64,000 nucleotides of DNA from Flavobacteriaceae bacterium. GTDB taxonomy: Bacteria > Bacteroidota > Bacteroidia > Flavobacteriales > Flavobacteriaceae. A program made the position numbers and the translations under genes. Position 1 is the first letter of the stretch; each line of letters starts with the position of its first letter. Location: assembly GCA_029243245.1 (NCBI GenBank), contig JAQWSK010000013.1, positions 16,025 through 80,024 of the forward strand. The letters run 5' to 3'. Shown here one piece after another: positions 8,090-15,980 of the stretch. Below the pieces are notes generated by a model. The model saw only the letters and a list, made by a program, of their open reading frames with translations, did not search any database and was not told the origin of the DNA.

Positions 8090-10498
8090 ATGAAAAAAAG
8101 TTTATTAAGTATTTTGACCCTTGCTCTTGTAGCTGTTGGATGTCAAAATTATGATGATCAATTTGACAGTTTAAATGCAAGTATTGCTTCTTTAACCACA
8201 AAGGTTAATGGAATAGATACTGCTCTTGCTGCTCAAATTACTCAGGTTGGCAATAATGTTTCTTCTTTATCAACAGATGTAACAGCTCTTGCTAATTCAG
8301 CGCTTACGGCTGCGGATTTAACAGCATCTCTTGTAGGTGTGTTGGAGAATATTGCAACTGTTAGTGCAGCTTTAACTGCTTTAGACACTCAAGTTGCATC
8401 TGATATTGCTGGTGTAAATACTACTGTAGGTGATTTATCAACTCAGCTTACTGCGGTTCAAACTGCTGCTTTAACTGCTGCTGATATTGCTGCTCTTGAC
8501 GAAGTTACAAACTTGAATGCTGAAATGGTAGCTGTTCAATCAGCTCTTGACGAGTTGCTTACTGCAAGTGCTTCAGTTAACGGAATTTCTATTAGTAATC
8601 AAGCAACACTTGATTACGTTGAGACTCTAATTGAGACTGATGGTACTCCTGAAAGTTATATAGTTAATGGTGATGTGAACATAGTTGCTTCATCTGCTAC
8701 TGGATATGATGCAGGATATACTGCTGCAATTTCTGCAATTACAGCAAGACTTTCTTCTGTAATTGGAACGGTAACTATTACGACTGCATCGGCTGATGCT
8801 ACTGCTGTTGATATTGCTAGGTTAACTTATGTTAGTGGTAATTTAGCACTTACAGGTAAGATGCCAAGTGGTTTCGCTGTTTCTACTGCTGCAAGTTTAG
8901 CTTTAGATGTTGAAGAGGCTGATATTACTTTAGCTAGTTTAACTTCTGCCGCTGGTGGTGTTACTATTTCTGCTGGTACTACAACTATTACTAATGTAGC
9001 TATTGCTAACTTAACTAATGGTGCTGTAACTACTTCAGCTAATACTCTTGCTTTAGCTAATGCTGATGTTAACCTTGGAGCGGGTCATCCTGCTGCAACT
9101 ACTACAGCTAAAAGTTTAATTGGTGGAAACGCAACAGATGCATTAACTGGAGCTACTTTAACAATTACTAATGGAGTTACTCTAGGTTCTAAAGTTGTTA
9201 CAAATACTGTTATAGATGCTGGTGGTGATGTTACTTTAAGTAATGGTACTGCTTCTTCTTTAGGTTCATCTACAATTACTTCTGGTGGAAACATTTCTAT
9301 TAGCGCTCTTACTTTAGGTGCTGCTGGTGCAAGTGCATTAACTATAACTACTGATGGAGGTTCTGGTGGATCGATTACTTTAGGAGCTACTAGTTCTGGA
9401 GCTGCGTTTACTGCAACTGCTTCTGGAAGCACTGTTAATGCTGGAAGTCTAGCTGATATTGGTGCTGGACTTGCAACTCTTGCTGCAACAGGTGTAACAT
9501 TAACAGGCTTATCATCAAATACTGGTGGTTTAACTGTTAATACTGCTACATCACTTGACCTTCCTGCTTTACAAAGTTCTGCAGGAGCGATTACTGGTGC
9601 TGCTGTTACTTCGCTTTCTGCGCCGTTATTAACGACTGATGGAAATGTTGATATTGCTGCTTTATCTACTATAGCTGTTAAAGCTTTAGGTGCTCAAGCA
9701 GACTTAGTTGATATAGCTACAGTTGCAAATTTAACTGTTACTGAACAAGATGTAGATTTAGATTTAACAACTGCTGTTAAGCTTGTTACTCTTACATATA
9801 CTGGAGCTGCTGTTACTGCTGCTGCTAGTGAAGATACTGATTTAACGTATGCAATATATACTTCAGTATCGTCTTTAACATCTGTAAGTCTTGCTGGTGG
9901 AATGGGTGATGTTTTAATTAAAGCTCCTTTACTAACTAGTTTATCTACGGCTGCTGGTAGTACTGCTAGAACTTTAACTACATCAGGTACTGCTTTAGCT
10001 ACTGTATCTCTTGGGCACCAAGGATATAATGGAGGAGCTAGAAGTGGAATAAGTATTGTTGATACAAAAGCGACTTCTTTAGACTTATCTTCTTTAAAAT
10101 GGATAGGATTAATTACTGTTACAGGAAATACTTCAATGACATCTATTACTATGCCTACAGCTATTGCTGCTGCAGATAATGTTAATGTTGCTGCAGGAGG
10201 TAATATTGATGTTTCCATATCTAATAATGCCTTAACTGGTGCATGGACTGCATCTGTTTCTGCTACTGCTTCTAATTTATATACAGAAGGTTCATTCTCT
10301 ACTGCTCCAGGTATTACTGGCGCCAAGACATGGTTAACCCCATTACTTGCTAATGTTGTTGTTGCGGTTTCATCTGTTACTTATTCAATTGAAATTGATG
10401 CTGCTGATGCTGCATTGTTTGCTAACAATAACAGTACTGCCCTTAACGCTACAGGTGCAATTGATACTGCTACTGAAGTAGCATTATTACCTAACTAA
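8090..10498 (+). CDS. Ala/Thr/Ser/Gly-rich cell-surface lipoprotein (S-layer-like or adhesin-like), 802 aa
   Basis: Signal peptide with lipobox LALVAVGC, followed by the acidic stretch CQNYDDQFD. N-terminal ~170 aa has coiled-coil-like heptads; the rest has beta-helix-like short repeats (TLTITNGVTLGS, ITSGGNISISALTLG). No Cys after the lipid Cys and almost no charged or aromatic residues. Strong GCT/ACT/GTT/TCT codon preference. Followed by a strong terminator. Confidence 0.7.
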   Translation: MKKSLLSILTLALVAVGCQNYDDQFDSLNASIASLTTKVNGIDTALAAQITQVGNNVSSLSTDVTALANSALTAADLTASLVGVLENIATVSAALTALDTQVASDIAGVNTTVGDLSTQLTAVQTAALTAADIAALDEVTNLNAEMVAVQSALDELLTASASVNGISISNQATLDYVETLIETDGTPESYIVNGDVNIVASSATGYDAGYTAAISAITARLSSVIGTVTITTASADATAVDIARLTYVSGNLALTGKMPSGFAVSTAASLALDVEEADITLASLTSAAGGVTISAGTTTITNVAIANLTNGAVTTSANTLALANADVNLGAGHPAATTTAKSLIGGNATDALTGATLTITNGVTLGSKVVTNTVIDAGGDVTLSNGTASSLGSSTITSGGNISISALTLGAAGASALTITTDGGSGGSITLGATSSGAAFTATASGSTVNAGSLADIGAGLATLAATGVTLTGLSSNTGGLTVNTATSLDLPALQSSAGAITGAAVTSLSAPLLTTDGNVDIAALSTIAVKALGAQADLVDIATVANLTVTEQDVDLDLTTAVKLVTLTYTGAAVTAAASEDTDLTYAIYTSVSSLTSVSLAGGMGDVLIKAPLLTSLSTAAGSTARTLTTSGTALATVSLGHQGYNGGARSGISIVDTKATSLDLSSLKWIGLITVTGNTSMTSITMPTAIAAADNVNVAAGGNIDVSISNNALTGAWTASVSATASNLYTEGSFSTAPGITGAKTWLTPLLANVVVAVSSVTYSIEIDAADAALFANNNSTALNATGAIDTATEVALLPN

Positions 10499-10547
10499 TA
10501 TTTAGGAAAAGTATTTTCTCTAAAAGTTTAAAGAGATTTATAATACT

Positions 10548-10577
10548 AAAAAACCCCCTCATTTGAGGGGGTTTTTT
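10548..10577. terminator. Bidirectional intrinsic terminator between convergent genes
   Basis: AAAAAACCCCCTC-ATTT-GAGGGGGTTTTTT. The G/C-rich core stem is 7 bp (10554-10560 / 10565-10571). It is flanked by an A-run and a T-run, so it can terminate on both strands. Confidence 0.75.
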
Positions 10578-10596
10578 ATTGCTTAACTTTTTTACG

Positions 10597-11532
10597 TCAT
10601 AAGACTTTAAATAAAAAGATAATTAAGGCGCCTATAATTAAAAACCCAAAAGGAAGAATAAGTGATATTTTAAAGTGAGAGATTCTCTTATTTAGTAAAA
10701 TATGATGTAGGTGATTATTATCAGGTCTAAAAGGAGATTTTTTATTTTTAATACGTATAATAAATACACGAAGTAGATCTATAAGGGGAAATAAAAGAAT
10801 AAGTATACTAAGTAAAGGTTTGTTAAAAGCAAAATCTAGATTATAGTCAGGACCCAGAAAGTAAAAAGTATAAATAGCAATTAGGGCACCTAGAAACAAT
10901 GATCCTGCATCACCTAGAAATACTTTATTGGTGCTTTTAAAGTTATAGAAATATAGAGGGAGTAAACTAGCAAGGGTTAAGCTTCCTAAAGCAAATAAAT
11001 TTGAATTCCCAGAATGAAAAAATTCAAAAAGAAGTATGATTTTAAATACTTCAGTTAAGGCTAGTCCATCAATTCCATCAATGAAGTTTATGCTATTAAC
11101 AATAACTAAAAAAACAAAAATGGTAAATAATTGAGCAGCAATTCTAGGAATTTCATTAAGTCCTAAAACTCCATAGAAATTATCAATTACCAGGCCTTGA
11201 TCAATAATCATTTTTGCAACTATAATTTGGATAAAAAATTTCAGTTTAAAGTCAGCATTATAAAAATCATCATAAACACCAATTATAAACATCATACTAA
11301 TTGGGACAAGTAAAGAAAAGTCATACGGTTCAATTCCGATCAAATACCAAAACAAACTGATAATAAATATTACTAAAAAACTCGAAGCACCTCCTGTTCG
11401 AGTTGCTTTTACAGAATGAGAGGATCTCGGGTTGATTAAATCAACTTTATTTATATTAATAAATATCCTTTGAACAATTGGAGTGCAAATAGCTGAAAGA
11501 GCAATTACACTAAATAAAATATATAAATCCAT
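10597..11532 (-). CDS. Undecaprenyl-phosphate sugar-1-phosphate transferase (MraY/WecA family, GT4 polyprenyl-P transferases)
   Basis: Polytopic 311 aa with IGVYDDFYNADFKLKF, NSINFIDGIDGLA and VFLGDAGSLFLGA, which are MraY/WecA/WbpL signature motifs. Confidence 0.85.
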   Translation of the reverse strand: MDLYILFSVIALSAICTPIVQRIFININKVDLINPRSSHSVKATRTGGASSFLVIFIISLFWYLIGIEPYDFSLLVPISMMFIIGVYDDFYNADFKLKFFIQIIVAKMIIDQGLVIDNFYGVLGLNEIPRIAAQLFTIFVFLVIVNSINFIDGIDGLALTEVFKIILLFEFFHSGNSNLFALGSLTLASLLPLYFYNFKSTNKVFLGDAGSLFLGALIAIYTFYFLGPDYNLDFAFNKPLLSILILLFPLIDLLRVFIIRIKNKKSPFRPDNNHLHHILLNKRISHFKISLILPFGFLIIGALIIFLFKVL

Positions 11533-11599
11533 GGTCGTAAAGTTATAAATTATCTTTTTGTAGTAAATTGTCTTAAATTTATCGCCTTAAAACCTCTTC

Positions 11600-13939
11600 A
11601 TGCGAAGTGTCCAGACTAATCAAAGAATAGAGACTAAAAATTTTGTTCCGTCACTTTTAATTATTGCTTTTTTATTAGTAGGATTTGTTCCAAACATTGA
11701 AGCTGTTGATAAAGTGGCTCCTCAATGGGTTTATTTAACTGTAATAAATATCATATCATCAATTTATTTATTTTTTAACAGAAATGAATACGAGAAAATT
11801 ATTTATAATGTCATTAATACTGGAATATCTCTTTTCTATATAGGTTTTTTAGTTTGGGTAGGTCTTTCTTATTTCTATTCACTAAATAATATTGAAGCAC
11901 TTGTAAATATACCAAGACACTTAAACACAGTGTTAATGTATTTACATATTGGAATTTTTTTGTATAACATAAAAGAAAAAAACATATTGATTTCGTGGCT
12001 AATTGCTATTTTCCTTGCAATAGAGTCTTATGCTGTTTTATCCCAAGCATTAGAAATGATTGACTCATCTGGAATGATTGAGCCTGTATTGCTAAAAGGT
12101 ATTACAGCCAATAGGAATATTACGGCATTTTCTATAGCAATAAAAATTCCATTTCTTTTATATATTTTAGATAGAATAAAAAATAAATATCTTTTTTCTG
12201 TTTTTATATTTATAGTATTTATCTCTCTTTTAAGCCTTACTTTAATTCAAAGTAGAGCATCATTCATTGCAGTTGGGATTAGTCTTATTGGTTATTTTTC
12301 AATTTTAGTTTATAAATTTTATAAACTTCAAAATAGTAAAAAAGTTTTTTTTACTCTGTTTTATTTTTTAGCACCTCTTTTGGTAGCAATTATTGTCAAT
12401 CAAACATATTTTTCTGGAAAGATTGAAACAGATGCTTTAGAAAGAGCAGGTACAATTGAACTGAATACAACGGATGATTCTATTTCCAAACGATTAAGAT
12501 ATTATGAAGACGTTTTAACTCACATGTTAGATAATCCAATTTTTGGAACAGGTATAGGAAATTGGAAATTTGAATCAATTAAATATGATCGGTTACAAGT
12601 TGACGGATATATTGTACCCTATCATGCTCATAGTGATTTCATTCAGCTTGGAGCAGAACTTGGCTTTATAGGATTTTTTTTGTACCTATTTATTTTTTTA
12701 AGTGCAATTTATTTTGTGTTTCATATTTTATTTAAGTCTAAAATTGAGACTCAAGACAAACTGTTTTCATTTTTTTTAATTATTTCTTTAGGAGTCTATC
12801 TAATAGACGCTAATTTAAATTTTCCAATTGCTCGTCCACAAGAATTAGCTCCTTGGGCATTAGTAATGGCATGTATAAACTTTTATTTTATTAAGTCTAA
12901 TGAGAATCAAGAATTATTAAATAAAAAGTCTGTTTCAATAATTAAAATGGCTTTTCCAATTGGATCTCTTCTTTTTTTAATTCCAAGCCTTTCAATAACT
13001 CATCAAACTTATAGCTCTCAGGTATTTCAAATGGTAATTTTAAGTGATTTTAATGCTGATCAATACAACATACCTCTTAATAAAATTGAATCAGATATAC
13101 CATCTTTTCCAAATGTTACAGTTACAACAATTCCTATGGATGCAATAAAAGCTAGGTATTACTTCCACTATAAGAAGTATGACAAAGCTTTGGAGTATGC
13201 CTTAAAAGGTGAATCAGCAAACCCCTACTTACATTATGGTGATATTATTGCTTCCAGAGTTTATAATATAAGAGGTGATGAAGAAAAGGCTCTAAAATTT
13301 GCTAAAAAAGCTTTTTTTGGAATGCCAAACAATAATCTCCATATAGGGGAATATCTAAATAATATATTAAATCAAAAAGACGATGAGTCATTAGAAAAAG
13401 CATATCCATTACTAACAGGTACAAATAAAATAACTGGATGGAAATCTTATTTAGTTACTAAAGCTGGTTTAACCCAGCCTGGAGATCCAATTTTTATAAA
13501 AAGGGCGGAAAAAGCCCAAAAATTATTTTCCTATGATGATCAATTTAGACAAATACTTAAAACTGCAAAAATAGGAAATGTTAGAGTTAATAATGCTTTT
13601 ACTATAAGTCAACAAGCTCAAATTAAATATACAGAACAATCTTATAGTGAAGCTGCTGAATTATATGACAGATCGATTGAGATTGACCCTTTTGAATATT
13701 CCTATTATGAAAATGCTGCTTTATGCTATTATGCAATTAATGATATAGATAATGCACTTGATAGAATAAATACTGTTGTTGATAAAATGAATCCTTTAAA
13801 TGGAAAATGCGAATATGTAAAGGGATTAATTTTCATAAAGTTTGGTCTAATTAATGATGCGTGTGAGTTATTTGAAACTTCAGTCTCTAGTGGCTTTCAA
13901 ATCGCCGAAGCAGTTCAAAAACAATTTTGTAATAAATAA
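11600..13939 (+). CDS. O-antigen ligase/polymerase-like (Wzy_C domain) membrane protein with a C-terminal TPR domain
   Basis: About 11 TM segments and a loop with PYHAHSDFIQLGAELGFIGFFLY (Wzy_C hallmark). The C-terminal ~300 aa are soluble with TPR-like repeats (YSEAAELYDRSIEIDPFEYSYYENAALCYYAINDIDNAL). Confidence 0.7.
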   Translation: MRSVQTNQRIETKNFVPSLLIIAFLLVGFVPNIEAVDKVAPQWVYLTVINIISSIYLFFNRNEYEKIIYNVINTGISLFYIGFLVWVGLSYFYSLNNIEALVNIPRHLNTVLMYLHIGIFLYNIKEKNILISWLIAIFLAIESYAVLSQALEMIDSSGMIEPVLLKGITANRNITAFSIAIKIPFLLYILDRIKNKYLFSVFIFIVFISLLSLTLIQSRASFIAVGISLIGYFSILVYKFYKLQNSKKVFFTLFYFLAPLLVAIIVNQTYFSGKIETDALERAGTIELNTTDDSISKRLRYYEDVLTHMLDNPIFGTGIGNWKFESIKYDRLQVDGYIVPYHAHSDFIQLGAELGFIGFFLYLFIFLSAIYFVFHILFKSKIETQDKLFSFFLIISLGVYLIDANLNFPIARPQELAPWALVMACINFYFIKSNENQELLNKKSVSIIKMAFPIGSLLFLIPSLSITHQTYSSQVFQMVILSDFNADQYNIPLNKIESDIPSFPNVTVTTIPMDAIKARYYFHYKKYDKALEYALKGESANPYLHYGDIIASRVYNIRGDEEKALKFAKKAFFGMPNNNLHIGEYLNNILNQKDDESLEKAYPLLTGTNKITGWKSYLVTKAGLTQPGDPIFIKRAEKAQKLFSYDDQFRQILKTAKIGNVRVNNAFTISQQAQIKYTEQSYSEAAELYDRSIEIDPFEYSYYENAALCYYAINDIDNALDRINTVVDKMNPLNGKCEYVKGLIFIKFGLINDACELFETSVSSGFQIAEAVQKQFCNK

Positions 13940-14005
13940 TATTTGTTTTATTTATATATTTTAAGTACTTTTGGTACTTGATAAGTATTAATATTAAATG
14001 GTAAA

Positions 14006-14013
14006 TAATTTTG
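14006..14013 (+). promoter_or_regulatory. Candidate Bacteroidota -7 promoter box (TAnnTTTG) for the glycan operon
   Basis: TAATTTTG at 14006-14013, 110 nt upstream of the upxY-like ATG. Only a weak CTTG/TTTG upstream element at imperfect spacing, so this is tentative. Confidence 0.3.
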
Positions 14014-14024
14014 TAAAGACTATT

Positions 14025-14074
14025 ACTCGGTTATTCTTTGAGTCACAATTAAAATTTTCTCAGATTAACCGAGT
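14025..14074 (+). promoter_or_regulatory. Leader-RNA hairpin upstream of the UpxY-like antiterminator gene
   Basis: ACTCGGTTA (14025-14033) pairs perfectly with TAACCGAGT (14066-14074). The pairing extends to 12 bp with one mismatch. It lies between the candidate -7 box and the ATG at 14123. Confidence 0.3.
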
Positions 14075-14122
14075 TTACCTAATAAATTTTAGCATACTTA
14101 TTTTTAAACAACCTAAGTTGTC

Positions 14123-14590
14123 ATGAAATGGTTTGTACTTTATACAAAGCCAAACTTTGAAATCAAAGTAGCGCAAGGGATTAAAGCTCTTGGGATTAAT
14201 GCATACTGCCCCGTTTACACCCAAATAAAACAATATTCTGATCGTAAAAAAAAAATTGAAAAACCCTTGCTGCCCTCTTATGTGCTAGTAGAACTATCTG
14301 AGAAAGATCGACCAAAAGTTTTTACAATCTACGGAGTGGTACGTTATCTTTTTTGGTTAGGAAAACCAGCAGAAGTAAGGGAGGAAGATATAGAATTGTT
14401 AAAAAGCAATTTAAACGGATGTTATGATGACATATTAATTTCTAAACTATCAAAAGGAAAAGAATATACCATTTCTTCAGGACCCTTAAAAGGGCAAACA
14501 GGAAAGGTTTTAGATATACTAAAGAATAAATTAAGGTTAGAGCTCTCTAGTTTAGGAATCTTGGTTACGCTTACAAGAGGAGCAGCTTAA
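14123..14590 (+). CDS. UpxY-family (NusG/RfaH-like) transcription antiterminator
   Basis: NGN-type N-terminus MKWFVLYTKPNFEIKVAQGIKALGINAYCPVY and a KOW-like C-terminus GKEYTISSGPLKGQTGKVL. It is the first gene of a long unidirectional polysaccharide locus, as in Bacteroides capsule loci. Confidence 0.8.
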   Translation: MKWFVLYTKPNFEIKVAQGIKALGINAYCPVYTQIKQYSDRKKKIEKPLLPSYVLVELSEKDRPKVFTIYGVVRYLFWLGKPAEVREEDIELLKSNLNGCYDDILISKLSKGKEYTISSGPLKGQTGKVLDILKNKLRLELSSLGILVTLTRGAA

Positions 14591-14687
14591 TTTAAATTAA
14601 ATGTAAAATTTATTAGTTTGTTTTCTGGGACAGACTAAGCGAAGCTATGAAAAAATTAAGTCAAACACGTAAACATATTACTATCCA

Positions 14688-15206
14688 ATGTTAGGTGAAC
14701 TGATTACTTCTAAAACACGCTTACGTCTTTTGATAAAGTTTTTTATATCACAGGCTAATAGGGGCTATTTAAATGGTTTAGCTTCTGAAATGGGAGAATC
14801 TACAAACTCCATAAGAAAGGAATTAAATCATTTACATGGTGCTGGATATCTTGATAAAGTAAAATCAGATAATAAAATTGAATATAGAGCAAATACCAAA
14901 CACCCATTGTTTAATGTTCTTAGAAAGGTAGTTTTAAAACACCTTGGCCTAGAAGATATGGTTGAAACCGTTTTGGGAAGAATGGGTAATGCAAAACAAA
15001 TTATTCTTGTTGGTGATTATGCTAAAGGAATTGACTCTGGTAAAATTGAAGTTTTTTTAATTGGAGATAATTTAGATATGGAGTATATAGTTCAATTAGA
15101 AGATAAAATTGAAAAATTAATCAAAAGAAAAGTTAGTTTTTATTTAGCTAACAAGTTTTTAAGTGATCAACAGCACATTGTTTTATTTAACATAAATGAC
15201 AGATAA
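14688..15206 (+). CDS. Winged-helix (ArsR/MarR-like) transcriptional regulator
   Basis: N-terminal wHTH LASEMGESTNSIRKELNHLHGAGYL. The C-terminal ~80 aa is an uncharacterised alpha/beta domain. Confidence 0.5.
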   Translation: MLGELITSKTRLRLLIKFFISQANRGYLNGLASEMGESTNSIRKELNHLHGAGYLDKVKSDNKIEYRANTKHPLFNVLRKVVLKHLGLEDMVETVLGRMGNAKQIILVGDYAKGIDSGKIEVFLIGDNLDMEYIVQLEDKIEKLIKRKVSFYLANKFLSDQQHIVLFNINDR

Positions 15207-15556
15207 TGATTTCAATTGAGAAACAAGAATGCCCATGGGGACGTTTTTTTGTATTACATGATGAGCCAAACTATAAATTAAAAAGGATAGAGGTCGATCC
15301 TGGAGGTAGGTTATCATATCAATATCATTACAAGCGATCAGAGACTTGGATTATAGTAGATGGGGTTGGTACTATTACATTAAATGATGATATAAAAGAT
15401 TATAGAACTGGAGACACAGTACTAATTCCTCAGGGTGTAAAACATCGCATACAAAATAATACCAATTTAAAAGTAGTTTTTATTGAGGTACAAACAGGTT
15501 CTTATTTTGGTGAAGATGATATTGTTAGGATTGAAGATGATTATGACAGAAAATAG
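15206..15556 (+). CDS. Stand-alone cupin, type II phosphomannose-isomerase-like (ManC C-terminal domain homolog)
   Basis: PWGRFFVLHDEPNYKLKRIEVDPGGRLSYQYHYKRSETWIIV and GDTVLIPQGVKHRIQN match the PMI cupin motifs. TAATG overlap with the upstream gene. Confidence 0.7.
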   Translation: MISIEKQECPWGRFFVLHDEPNYKLKRIEVDPGGRLSYQYHYKRSETWIIVDGVGTITLNDDIKDYRTGDTVLIPQGVKHRIQNNTNLKVVFIEVQTGSYFGEDDIVRIEDDYDRK

Positions 15557-15559
15557 CTT

Positions 15560-15979
15560 ATGAAAAAAGCAGTTATTGTTTCAGGATATTTTAATCCTTT
15601 ACATAAAGGACATATAGAATACTTTAAACTTGCAAAAGCTCAAGCAGATGTTTTGTTTGTTATCGTAAATAATGATTTTCAAAGGGAGTTAAAAAAATCA
15701 AAAGAATTTATGTTTGAGGATGAAAGATGTTTAATTATTAATGAGATTAAAGTTGTTGACAAAGTTTTTTTATCTATTGATAAAGATAAAAGTGTTTGCA
15801 GAACCATTGAAAAAATTTACTCTAAATTATCTAAAAAATATCAATTGTTTTTTGCAAATGGTGGGGATCAAAATAATAATTCCTCACCTGAAGTTCCTGT
15901 TTGTAAAATTTTGGGTATTGGATTAATTGATGGACTTGGAGATAAAATCCAATCTTCTTCTTGGCTTTTAAAAAAATAA
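15560..15979 (+). CDS. Small cytidylyl/adenylyl-transferase (HxGH nucleotidyltransferase; RfaE-II/TagD-like)
   Basis: 139 aa. VSGYFNPLHKGHIEYF is the (T/H)xGH motif of the cytidylyltransferase superfamily. Confidence 0.7.
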   Translation: MKKAVIVSGYFNPLHKGHIEYFKLAKAQADVLFVIVNNDFQRELKKSKEFMFEDERCLIINEIKVVDKVFLSIDKDKSVCRTIEKIYSKLSKKYQLFFANGGDQNNNSSPEVPVCKILGIGLIDGLGDKIQSSSWLLKK

Positions 15980-15980
15980 T

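Noticed and set aside
9085-10326. Two long minus-strand ORFs (115 aa and 210 aa) inside the surface lipoprotein gene
   Set aside because: They are antisense to a gene built of GCN/ACN/GTN codons, which removes stop codons from the opposite frames. Their products are Ala/Val/Pro low-complexity mirror images with no start context. The plus-strand frame has a signal peptide, a lipobox and a terminator.
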